Origin: a virus
Virus record (IMG/VR): IMGVR_UViG_3300020469_005214
Coordinates: 64,001-128,000 of that record
Length of the DNA stretch: 64,000 nucleotides
Direction: 5' to 3' (one strand)
Part shown: positions 40,982 through 52,285 of the stretch, piece by piece
Layout: each line of letters opens with the position of its first letter
Position numbering within the stretch: the stretch's first letter is position 1
Translations under genes and position numbers: made by a program
The notes under the pieces: model-generated
Seen by the model: only the letters and a program-made list of their open reading frames with translations
What the model was told of the DNA's origin: nothing
The model's database searches: none

Positions 40982-41569
40982 ATGCCAAACTGGTGCACTA
41001 CAGATATAACTATAAAAGGATCAAAGAAAGATATCAAATGGGTATACGATTTGATTCAAAAACACAATGATCGCAAAGAAGACTCAGTGGGATTCTTTGA
41101 ATCACTAATTCCATCTCCTAACTGGGACAAGACACCCAACGAAGATGGGGAGTTGCCTGTTCCTGATCCTGCTAGGGATGCAGATGGCAACATCACTTTT
41201 ATGTTTAGCAAGTTTCCATCCACAGGCAGGAATGATGACAGGTGGTATGACTGGAACATCAACAACTGGGGAACTAAATGGGAAGTAAGCAACATAGAGG
41301 TAACTGACATAAGCGATGATCAACTAGTTTGCTATTGGGATACTGCTTGGAGTCCATCTATTCCTATCTTTAATAAACTAGTTGAGCGTGGCTTGGATGT
41401 CGATGCTGAATTCAAGGATGAAGGTTGGATGTTCGCAGGTAGGTATGTGAATGGAGAGGTCGAAGATTATAAAATTGAAATCATTGAAGCCGATGAAAAC
41501 GAGGAAGATGATGGATGGGATAGGGTCATTGTTTATTCAAAGGAATGTCCTGAAGGAGAACATTATTAA
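40982..41569 (+). CDS. YubB/DUF1281-like ferredoxin-fold protein
   Basis: MPNWC, WYDW...NWGTKW and DTAWSP motifs. Confidence 0.75.
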   Translation: MPNWCTTDITIKGSKKDIKWVYDLIQKHNDRKEDSVGFFESLIPSPNWDKTPNEDGELPVPDPARDADGNITFMFSKFPSTGRNDDRWYDWNINNWGTKWEVSNIEVTDISDDQLVCYWDTAWSPSIPIFNKLVERGLDVDAEFKDEGWMFAGRYVNGEVEDYKIEIIEADENEEDDGWDRVIVYSKECPEGEHY

Positions 41570-41638
41570 AAAAGGCTTGACATCTGTAAAAAGGATGTCA
41601 GGCTGAATCCAATCTTTTAATTATAACCATATACACAA

Positions 41639-41950
41639 ATGAACAAAAACCTAAAAACTAACTTCGACAAACTTAAATTCTCAGAGCTATTCAAGGTGTC
41701 TTCTACAGAGCCACATACAATGACTTTGGATGAACGCCAAGAACTGGGAGGTTGGCAAAAAATATTCGAGTTTCCCAACGGCTTTGGAGCTTCTGTAGTC
41801 GTGCACGAATTTTCTTATGGCTTAGAACTTGCTTTGCTTGACAAAAGCCATAATATAGTTCAACACCCAGAAATTACTAATGATGTCGAAGGCTATCTCA
41901 ACACTGACAGTGCTTGTGATATACTTCAAAAAATTGCAAAATTAGCATGA
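41639..41950 (+). CDS. conserved phage hypothetical protein
   Basis: F.FPNGFGASVV....SYG..ELA.L...DV.GYL pattern. Confidence 0.65.
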   Translation: MNKNLKTNFDKLKFSELFKVSSTEPHTMTLDERQELGGWQKIFEFPNGFGASVVVHEFSYGLELALLDKSHNIVQHPEITNDVEGYLNTDSACDILQKIAKLA

Positions 41951-42008
41951 TCTTGTGTTCATACGTGTAGTCGTCGTCTCGCCTTGTGGTTAGGGCGAGG
42001 CGACATTT
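41951..42008 (+). ncRNA. candidate sRNA: single-stranded seed plus 13-bp hairpin with GTGGTT loop
   Basis: Hairpin 41973-42004; loop complementary to the AACCAC leader motif. Confidence 0.5.
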
Positions 42009-42031
42009 CGCGAAATATAAATTAATATTAT

Positions 42032-42101
42032 GGGGGTGTAAGGGTTTCGACTTAAACTATTTAGTTTGAACACGGTGGTTCAACTCCACCCACCTCCACC
42101 A
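42032..42101 (+). ncRNA. mini-tmRNA (tRNA-like domain only)
   Basis: 5' GGGGGTG..GG.TTCGAC; 3' GGTTCAACTCC...CACCTCCACCA; G3:U alanine identity pair; 6-bp hairpin replaces the mRNA-like domain. Confidence 0.8.
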
Positions 42102-42283
42102 TTTTATTCTTTCCTAGGACGCCCTTGAGATTGGGCCAAACGAAGAGCCGTAGCGTTAATACGGATCGCAATGGGGATTTGCGTGAGGTAGTGAGAAGAA
42201 CTCTGCCATCTCTATTTTTTATTTTATTTTTTTTTGAAAAAAAAGTATTGACTTAGCCAAACGACCATTCATAATGCAAAACC

Positions 42284-45200
42284 ATGAAGACAATACAACT
42301 ATCACTACACCGCTCCGAGGACGAACCTTTCCTTCAAAAATGGGAAGTCGCCCGCAAATGCGTTTTCTCTGCTAAACTTAATGCAGAACATATCGATTAT
42401 CCAAATGCTCCAACAAAACTAGCTGAGCTTTTGTTTCACGTTACCAACGCACCATTTGAAATGTTGGATAAAGTGCATGAAAAAATTCTTCTAGCTCTAT
42501 GGGAGAATTGTAAAAAACAAGATACTTTTTACTCGACAAGCGTTGGCGATGTCGTTAAGATTCACGATCATATTAGTGGAGAACGCACTACACTTATGTG
42601 CAAGTCAGTTGGATGGGAGGAATTATAATGGATACAAAAACAATACCTAATGAGGGACGATACGATTATTCGATCAGCCTAGTAGATAGCTTTAACAAAC
42701 AAATTAAAGAAGCCTATGAATACGAAAAAAATCACGCATACAAAGAATACGAAAGTAAAATTATATCGTATCGAATGGGGGTGGAGTGACGGCTCTGATG
42801 ATTCATCGCCTCCAACTCTAGTAGCAGTTGGTGCTAATCCCTATGAAGTTTGGGGCGATGAATACGAATGGTCAGACAACCAATTTGGGTTTGATAACGA
42901 CATACATTACTGGTTTGAGGATATGGACGAACTGAAGTCTTATTGCGTAAATGACGGCAAGGGCGAGTGGTATATTAAATCATACGAGTTTGTTCGAGAA
43001 CATGATCTAGCAGAAATTTAACATATAAATTAATATTATGCCAACAGAAAAACTAACCGAACCACAGTTTCTTAGAACAAAAGAGATAACTGACACCATC
43101 ATGGATGATATCCGTGTTGTTTTAAAAAAATATAAAAAAGATATTCCTATGTGGGATAATGAAAATATAAATTATAATTTAGAGAGTCATATTCGCGACC
43201 ATGTTAGAATTGATGTAGTGCGCGAGGTTATGAAACAATATAATGTATACATATAATTATTATGAGCGGAGCACAAGAGATAATAGAACGAAACTTTGAA
43301 CAACTCTGTATTGATACACTCGTTCCCTTGGGTATGAAACACGCAAGTGAAGAAAAAGAAAAATTATATAAATCTATAAGAGAGTTTGTTTATGAGTTTA
43401 TGTATGATTCATCGACATTAGAGGGCGTTGAAGAGGAAGCTGAGTATGTTCCTAACTATTATGATTTAAAATGGAGACCTTAACATGGACGAAAAATACA
43501 AAAAAGAAAGTCTTGACTTAGCACTTAGATGGTTTCAAGATAACGATGTTCCTGCATACGAGGACGATGGAAGTATATACGTTCAAGCAGGCAGGGATGC
43601 CGATGTCCAGATTTCAACATCTGAGATTGATTACAGAGCAGATTTACAAACAGATTATGAGCGCGAAAAACAGTCACTTAACAATTAGGGAAGAAGTAAC
43701 CGAGCAAGGTCTTGCCGTTCCCGTATCTTTACTATCTTTAGATGGAGAAGATGCCCTTTATATCCAGGACACGCCCTACTTAAATATTGATTGCGAGTAT
43801 TGCTCTGATCATTGTTTAGATGATAGTGGCTCGAACTTATTAGTTAAAATTACTGATCCTACTCAATTTGATGGAGACGGAAAACCTTTGAAAAATAGGC
43901 TTGCATTTGCTATTAATGCAGATTACGATTGGAACTGATGAAAAAACCATATAAAATACCATGTGCATGGGAAGTTGTTGCAATGGCAGAAGTAGAAGCG
44001 GAATCTTTGAATGAAGCCATTAGTAAAGTAGAAGATCACGATTTTCCATTGCCAATAGATAACTATTATGTAGATGACTCTTTCGAAATCGATAAGGATT
44101 GGCTTGAGAACTTATATGAAGAAGAATATGAAAAAACTAACTGATTACTGCTTAAATAATAAACTAGTCGCCACAGAAAAAGATGTTGAGTCGGCATTTA
44201 TGATTTGTGTTTGTGCAACTATATCCTTGACATTGATATTAATATCAACAATAATAGAATTAAATTAATTAATATTATGACACACTTAGAACCACAAATT
44301 GGATGTCTCTCAGATGATATCATTGAAAAATTAGATAAAAAAATGGAAGAGCTGAAAGGAATCGGTCTATCTGATATTGATATCTATATTATAAACCTTG
44401 CGATATCACTTAGTCAAAAAAAAGTCTTGACTTAAGTTTTCCCTCAACCATACTGGCTTTATGAAAATTACACTAAAAAAGATAGAACACTCGGAGTTTC
44501 AATCACAAGAAACTAACTGTTTCAAGGCTGACCTATATGTTGATGGAAAGCCTTTTGCCATTGTAAGTAACGATGGTATCGGTGGATGCGATATGCACTA
44601 CAAACACCCTAAGAATCCTCAAACTCCTCAAGAGTATCACGAGGAATTAGATAGTATTTTTAAGTGGCACAGAGAAAACACTACTTATAAAACTGAGTTT
44701 GACGACAGGGGATATAGCGAAGGTAGCTTGGATATGACAGTAAGTGATATCTTGGTAGATCATTTAATTACTAAAGATGTTAAGAAGCTAATGTCTCGCT
44801 CTATGATTGTATTTGAAAAGGGTCAAGAAGGCTATTACAAGTTTGGAAAAAAGAAGTATGGAATAGTTCAAGAGACTATGGATGCTTTTAAGGCTAAGCT
44901 TGACAAATGGTATGGAGATAAGTGGGTATGTATAAACGATATGCCTATTGACGAAGCAGTTGCTTACTATAAAACTAATTAAAATTATGACTACAGAAAA
45001 CAAAATACCATACGGACTAGTTGAACATTGGCTAGGCTCAGATGCACAACTAGAAGAAGCAATTGATATCTTAACTGATATCGCAAACGGAGATTATGCT
45101 CCTAGTCTATTAAAAGAAGACATATTAAGTCTAGAAGATTCTTATGAAGAAGCATTAGACTGTATGGATGAAATACATTCCCCAAGTTAAGATGCCAACA

Positions 45201-48200
45201 TATAATTTAGCAAGAGAAGTCACTTATATAGAATATTATGATGATATTGAGGCAGAATCACCCGAAGAAGCTATGGAGCTTGTAAGGGAAGATATGATTT
45301 TTGATCACGAAGAAGTTATTGATGCTAAAGCACCCGAAGTTCTATCATGGGCAGAAGTCATAGAACATCCAAACTCTCCAGGCTGAAAAAATAAATTAAA
45401 ATAGTTGAAATAAAACTATTTTATATTAAATATAATATATGGGTGCATTGGCTTTTATAATAATATTTGCGGGATTCATAGGGTTTCCATTACTTTGTTT
45501 TATTTTTTATGTATGGTATGAATACCAAGAAAACTATATAACAAGGGCTTGTATGAGAGCCGACAAAAAGTATTACCAGTGGGAACAGTCTCAGAAAAAA
45601 AAGCAAGATAAGTCTTGACATTCTGCCGTTTAGTAGTAAATTGGTAATCATGACTACTAAAATTACATTTGACAACTTCGAGCCTAGCAAACTAACGCCT
45701 GCAGACCAAGTCCCTTGGCCTCACCCAGATTGGGCAGATTTAAATGATTGGGCTTTTGAAAATGCAACAGAGGTTTTCGAAACAACCCGCTACCTTTCTA
45801 TAAGTCGATACGATCTGTTCCTATCCTTATGGCATCACGCTGGTCGTCCTGTTGAAGGCTTTGAGTCCGCACTTTGGACAAAAGAAGATGCACTCGGTTA
45901 AAAAAGTCTTGACATTAGTTTTTCATTCTACAGAATAGATAAACTATGAAAAAATTAAAATATTATTTTGCTACTGTGCTTATTCGCACGGGAGAATATG
46001 AGACTTATACCAATTACCGCTTTTGTGCGCCTAACATGGAATCTGCAAAAAAAGAAGTAAAAGAAGGTTACGACATAGGCGGAGACGACTGTGAGAGAGT
46101 TGCTGAACTTTATAGGCTTGACGAAGTTTCCGAAACAGAATACGATGTTCTTAGAAAGTATATATAAAATGGAAGACGATTGGGAACGCGAATTAACGCA
46201 AGATCAAGTGATTGGAATTTTAGAGAGTCACTCACAAACGGATAAAGAAATAGATGCGTTTTTTAGATACGAAGGATACAGAGATGTATACATAGGTTCA
46301 GAAGTTTTTATTTGGTTAGGATATTAATTATGGGAAAAGTAGCAACAGCAATTATTCAGATACTGTGGATTCCAGTTGGAATCATAGGAATATTATTTGG
46401 TTTTATATCAAATTACATAGAAGCATCGCATCTTAAACTTTGCGATTTCGTAGAAGTAGTCAAAGAAATATAAAATAATATGAAAATAGACATACCAGTT
46501 GAAGTATATGATACAGACTATGTATTATTTGACGAACAGACACAGAGACCTCTTGGAAATTTAGATATAATTTATTCTTACGAATCAGTTATTGAGTTGG
46601 TTAACGACGGATTTGCTCTTGGCGAAAACGAAGCGTTTGTTAAGATGACAGACCTTCCAAAAGAATTGCTCCAGGAATATGCAGTTCAAATAATAAAAAA
46701 TAAATAAAATAATATTATGGAATATGTCGTAGACGTAGGCAGTTTTCATATTGACGAAAAAACATATAATAAAATTCAATCAATGGACTTCCAGGACCAG
46801 AGGCAGTGGCTATCTAAAAAAGTAATTGATGGTTATTGTGACATTGATCGGATTATTGAAGATGTTAAAGATTTATAAAAAAACTGCTTGACAGCTGTAG
46901 AAAAGTAGTCATACTGTAGGGCATGATCACAGCTACACTAGATAAAAACACATGGGTCGAAGTCTTAGGCATCGACGGGGCTAATGCAATAGTAATTGAT
47001 GAAGACGGACAAGACTCAGAAGTTTGTGTTGACCGCCTAGACAACATCGAGCATCAAGATTTAGATCTAACTCCATTGGAGTGGTAAAAAAAGCTTGACA
47101 GCCACATAAAAAAAACTATAGTATTAATCATGAACATAGAAGATTTTACAAACTTAGAAGATAGCGGTTGGGGCGATGAGGAAATCATCAAAGAGATCGA
47201 GATACGTTGCGGGCTGAACAACTCAGATGCTTCTCGATTATATCTTAAATTAAAATATCAGAGATATATAAACGAAAAGGCTTGACAACCTTATAAAAGT
47301 AACCATACTACAACCATGACCACATCAAAACACTACTACAAACTAGAGATGCTACCAACTGCATCTTCTCGCAAAGTTGAAATCTTTTACTTCGGCAAAT
47401 GCCGTGAGGGTTTAGAAGCGGCTTACAGTTACTGCTCAAACGCTTGTGCTTGGCGTATCACTAGCGGTGGATTCAAGATCGACTTTAAGAATCTACCACT
47501 TTTAGACTTGCAATCTCTTTCCGTCTACGCATAATGAAAACGATGAACATTAAACAATACTACACAGAGCGTTTTCCTACCGATGACCTAGGCAATGAGA
47601 TAAAAGACGATGTCACCTTTCTCGGCTTATTAGATATATTATTTAGAAACTTAGATGTCTATGATTATATGGGCGTAGGTGATAGCCTTGTAAGGGAAAG
47701 AGTGTTTGAAGGATTATCGGGATATACTAATTTAGATTATAGCTTCATCTATGATCTATGGTTGCAAAAAAAATAAATAAAAAAATATGGCTAAAATATA
47801 TAAATGCACGGCTTGTATACAAGTAACAGTAGAAGCTGAAGACGAATTCGATGCACCATTTGAAGCGGGGATGCATCTAGACATCGGGGACATCGATTGG
47901 GATCTTGAAGAAGTTAAAGAGATCGAAACTAACTCTCAGTCTCTGACGAATGTCACGATAAATTAATTTTATTTTTTTTTAAAAAAGACTTGACTTTATT
48001 TTTTGTGTAACTACAGTAGTAGGCATGAAAGTAAGAGTATACCGCAACTTAACCAAAAAATGCCTCTCAGTCCAGACCATGACAAAGAAGGGCTGGAGAG
48101 TGACAAGACACGTCCAATCAATTTATCTGAAGGACGCCACATTCAAAGTGTCTGAAGCTGGACGCCAAAGAGTTCTTAAACAGAAGCGTAAGAATGTCCA

Positions 48201-50162
48201 CGCTTTAGTAGAGGGAAAAGAAATAGATCAATTTAATACTTCAACCTCAAAGGTTAGCTATAACCCTTACACTTCATCTTATTTTTTCTTGAGGGAAGAT
48301 CCAAGCAAAAAGATAGTTCAATCAAAAAGAGTTAAGATCATGACAACTGGAATTGAAGTTGAAGACTATGCGTTGAAAAACTAATTAGAATTTTTTTTTT
48401 AAAAAAAACTTGACTCAAGGGTATTTCCTGCTAGATTTGCATTATGACCACAATTACTGACTACCTAACATATCGCAACTACTGCCACAACAGAATGTTG
48501 TCACCTAACATTCCCGCAGAAAAATGGATTAGAATTTATAAGGATCAACCAACCTTTGAAAAACTTTTTCAAAAAGAATGCAAAAAACTCTTGACAAAGA
48601 AAAAGAATCTGTCATTGTCTTAGTTAGTTAACCACAGAAAACTAACCACAAAAAAACAAACTACTATTATGGAAATGCAAAACACACTCACACTCGGACA
48701 AGCTTACATCGTCGATGGTAAACCTATGGTCTTACACACGCTCGAAAATGGTCGCTTCGGCTTTACAGATGGTCGCTATGGCTTCGGTCGCACACTTGGT
48801 CGTCGTGCTAGCGATGTAGAGATTCTTAACAACCTCAAGATCGCTGAAGGAATCAACCCTCAAGATATCCTTGACAAACTCAAGTCAAGTGTTCAGTATA
48901 TGGCTGACTACTACCGCTCAAGAGACTAAAACCAAAAAAAATTAATTTAAAAAATGGAAACAGGATATAAAGTTGAGTTTATTACGCCAGAGTCTTTAGA
49001 AGAAAAAAAAGAATTAAAAAAAGCTCTTGCAATTGTTTTAAACGAAGCAGAGATATCTGCTCTTGGAGATAAAAACAAAAAAGTTTTGGACTCCGTAGAT
49101 TTGGTCAACAAAAAAGTTCTCAATCATCTTTAGTGGTTAAAAAATTGAATTAAAAAAAACTTCGGAAAGGTTTTTATACTAACTAAAAAAGTTAGTATTT
49201 TTTTTATTTTTTTCTTGACATCGTTAAAAAAAAGAAATATATTATCTTAAATAATAGGAATTTTTTCCGTTAGTCAGCTTGGCTGACTACTACATAGATA
49301 AAAAATTAATTAATATGAAAGAGATCAAAAGAATTATAAAATATATGTTTAGTAAACCCGTGCGAAAAAGATATGATGACAAATCTGTAATTGCAGAAAA
49401 TAAAACTAAAAAACTTCCAGATTCAGATTATGATGGAATGGGAAATTTTTCTAGGTTTGGTAAACCGCCAGGCTAAAAATTAAATTTATATTTTTTTTTA
49501 AAAAAAACTTGACTTCGGGAAATAATTATACATTATTGTTTTTATGTTAACCACATTTCACCAATGCATCGAAGAGGCTGAAAAGTTTCTCGCAAAAAAT
49601 AACATAGTTTGTTCTGAGTTTTCGGACAAATTATTTACTGGCGGTATTTCCTATGGTCAAACCATGTCTTTTAATTTTAAGATTGATCGTTTGAATGGAA
49701 GATTTACTAAACAATTTTTTCACTTCATTGTTAACCGAGACGAAAGCGGGCATTATGAAGCTATTAATTATGCTTTGTAAGTAACTGATTTATAGTGACT
49801 TAGAATTATTTTCATCTTTTTTTAAAAAAAAACTTGCAATCCGTATTTCTTATGTCATTGTATTAAACATAGCACCAATGCTATATCGCCAACCACGGCA
49901 AAAAAACTAACCACTATATTCTATGACCAACTTAGAAAAAATCGACGCTCTCAAGTCAGAAAAACGTCTTGAGCTTATTGGATCAATCGCTAAGAAGCTA
50001 AAGGCAAAGAAAGTTGAGCCTAGCAGTTTCACAAGTGCAATGCACGAGATAGCAGAAAAAGACGATACATCTGCTTTCATCGCCCAGTCAGTTGAAAGTT
50101 TAAAAGACTTCAAAATCTATGAGAAGCCAGATGAAAATATCCTATCTGAAATGTTTGGATAA
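42284..50162 (+). other. early region of ~30 small hypothetical ORFs (e.g. 42284-42628, 42716-43021, 43038-43256, 43262-43483, 43485-43688, 43657-43938, 43938-44144, 44461-44982, 44987-45190, 45192-45386, 45650-45901, 45946-46167, 46169-46327, 46480-46707, 46923-47087, 47316-47534, 47534-47776, 47787-47966, 48025-48384, 48669-48929, 49544-49780, 49923-50162)
   Basis: Co-oriented short ORFs, many directly behind TTGAC promoters. Confidence 0.65.
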
Positions 50163-50171
50163 CATCTAGCG

Positions 50172-50205
50172 AAATCCCCCTTTAGAAATTTAGGGGGATT
50201 TTTTT
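50172..50205 (+). terminator. intrinsic terminator
   Basis: AAATCCCCCT/AGGGGGATTT stem plus T run. Confidence 0.85.
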
Positions 50206-50660
50206 GTGTCTGTTATAAAATATTAATTTAAATAGTTGACAGATCAAAAAAAATAGACTTAAATAAATAATATAAATTAAAAAAAAAGAAAGAAATATAT
50301 TTCCTGAAATAATGTATCAGAAATCCCGATACAAAAAAAGTTTTTGTGATCCAAATAAGTGTATCCAAAATCCTGATACAGCTTGGCTGTATCAAAAAAT
50401 AGATATAAATAAAAAAAATAAAATAACTTTTAATAATCCGAAATAAAAGAGCCAGGAGAAAAAATAGGATAATATTATTTGGAGGTGATAAAAAAAATTA
50501 TTCTATATTTCCGGCTATTAGCGGTGCTTATGATATGTATTAGTTAGACTTATAGGCAGTAAAATTTTATTCTATATTATGCTCTGATTTTTTTTAAAAA
50601 AAACAATTTATTTTATCGTTAGGTGTTGACACGTTTTAAAAACTACTTTATTTTATAGGC

Positions 50661-50741
50661 CGTTCCTTCTCAGTTTTCCGCAAGTAATGAATCTTTCCCT
50701 CGACGGGGTTTGAAGACGCTTGGACTGAGATATCTAACCAC
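50661..50741 (+). promoter_or_regulatory. structured 5' leader, copy 1
   Basis: Conserved with 52193-52270. Confidence 0.75.
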
Positions 50742-50763
50742 AAAAAAAAGTAAGTTATATATT

Positions 50764-51576
50764 ATGAAAACATCAATCGAAACACTACTGTCTTGGAATC
50801 CAACTGCTACACCTCTCTCTGATGAGTTTGGTAAAGTTGGTTACCAATCTATCCGTCGCGATGATAACAACTCTTTAATTGGAGTAGTTGGTCAAAAGCG
50901 TTCCATTATCTCGAATCGCGAGTGCGTCCAGTCTATCGTAGACATGGCAAACTCATTAAACGTTCCATTTGGAAACCCTTATGTTAACGAGTTTAACGGA
51001 GGCGGAAAAATTCACGTTTCTTTCCCTCTACCAGAGGAGAGAATACAAGGTGATTCTTTTAGCCCAGAATTGCGTTTTACTTTCTCACACGACTCTAGCG
51101 AGCGTAGGAGAGTCTATTTCGCTTATTCACGTAACGCTTGCTCTAACATCTTTGCAAGTGCTGTTAAAAAAGGAGAGGGAATTTTTGCTAAGTTTTCTCT
51201 GAATCACTCGGAGAATTTCGCTAGTCGAATCTCTGGTTTTCCAGAAAGAATCAAAGAGTTAAGATTTGAGACAGACAGTGCTATTCAGCGTTTGCAGTCT
51301 ATTAAAGTAGTAGACCCTGCCCCGTATATCAAACGCCTTATAAAAGGCGAGGGAAAGCGTTCTGACACGATCAGAGAAGAGATTGAAACTCTTTTCCGTT
51401 CTGGTCGCGGTAACGTAGGAGAAACTGCTTATGACATCTTTAACGGTTTTACTGAGTATTTAAACCACTCAGCGACATACAAAGAAACCGAAAATAAGAC
51501 GTCTGCTGAAAATCGCATAAGTAGATTAGTTAACACCGATATCGTAGATGTCGCGAGAGAGTTAGCTAGAGTCTAA
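50764..51576 (+). CDS. DUF932-like phage/plasmid protein (270 aa)
   Basis: IRRDD....GVVG, GG.., SHD.S, R.ACSN, TAYDIFNGFTEY..H; ATG 50764 preferred over TTG 50710. Confidence 0.75.
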   Translation: MKTSIETLLSWNPTATPLSDEFGKVGYQSIRRDDNNSLIGVVGQKRSIISNRECVQSIVDMANSLNVPFGNPYVNEFNGGGKIHVSFPLPEERIQGDSFSPELRFTFSHDSSERRRVYFAYSRNACSNIFASAVKKGEGIFAKFSLNHSENFASRISGFPERIKELRFETDSAIQRLQSIKVVDPAPYIKRLIKGEGKRSDTIREEIETLFRSGRGNVGETAYDIFNGFTEYLNHSATYKETENKTSAENRISRLVNTDIVDVARELARV

Positions 51577-51583
51577 AAATTAC

Positions 51584-51620
51584 AAGGTCGTATTGGAAAT
51601 TCTGATACGACCTTTTTTTT
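51584..51620 (+). terminator. intrinsic terminator
   Basis: AAGGTCGTAT/ATACGACCTT stem plus T run. Confidence 0.85.
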
Positions 51621-52192
51621 GGCGTAATAATACGAAATAATTTTTTTTCAAATTGTATTTGAAATCTGGATACAAAAATATAAAGCAGTTTTTTTTATCC
51701 GAAATAAAAGAGAAAATTTTTATTAGAGAGCTTGGCTCTCTAAAAATAGAAATATATTTTCCGAAATAATGATTAATTTTTTATTACAGAGCTTGGCTCT
51801 GTAAAATAGTTTTTTCTCTCTCAAATAATGTATTTGAAATTCTGATATAAAAAAAAAGAATTATATTCCCCAAATAAAAGAAAAACTTTTTATTAGAGGG
51901 CTTGGCCCTCTAAGTATAACCAGCAAATAAAAAAAAATAATTCTAAATAAATAAGCGCGTAATAAAGAAAAGTTTCCATAAATAAATAAGCGTATATAAA
52001 AAAGAATAATTTTTCCTGGTGCCGAGCAAAACCGGGTATTAGCCGGTCTTATAGCAAGTATTAGATTATCTTATGGCATACCGCCAGGCGGGATTTTAAC
52101 GGCCTATTTAGTGGAAAAATTTTTTTTATTTTTTTTCATCTATTTGCGCCTATGGACTTGACTCACTTAAAAAACTATCCTATTTTATAGAT

Positions 52193-52270
52193 CGTTCCTT
52201 CTCAGTTTTCCGCAAGTGATGTATCTGCCTTTGATCGGGTAGGGGAAACTTGGACTGAGATACTAACCAT
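52193..52270 (+). promoter_or_regulatory. structured 5' leader, copy 2
   Basis: Conserved with 50661-50741. Confidence 0.75.
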
Positions 52271-52285
52271 AAAAGAAAGTAACTA

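Noticed and set aside
41984-42000. Pistol ribozyme (GUGGUUAGGGC resemblance)
   Set aside because: The downstream pseudoknot partner and conserved linker are not adjacent; the segment folds as a simple hairpin.
42133-42160. tmRNA tag ORF supplied in trans (GCCAAACGAAGAG resembles a resume region)
   Set aside because: No frame gives a tag ending in AA-stop; the similarity is too short to support.
50710-50763. N-terminal extension of the first DUF932-like ORF from TTG 50710
   Set aside because: It lies inside the conserved leader; ATG 50764 gives the same 270-aa length as the paralog.
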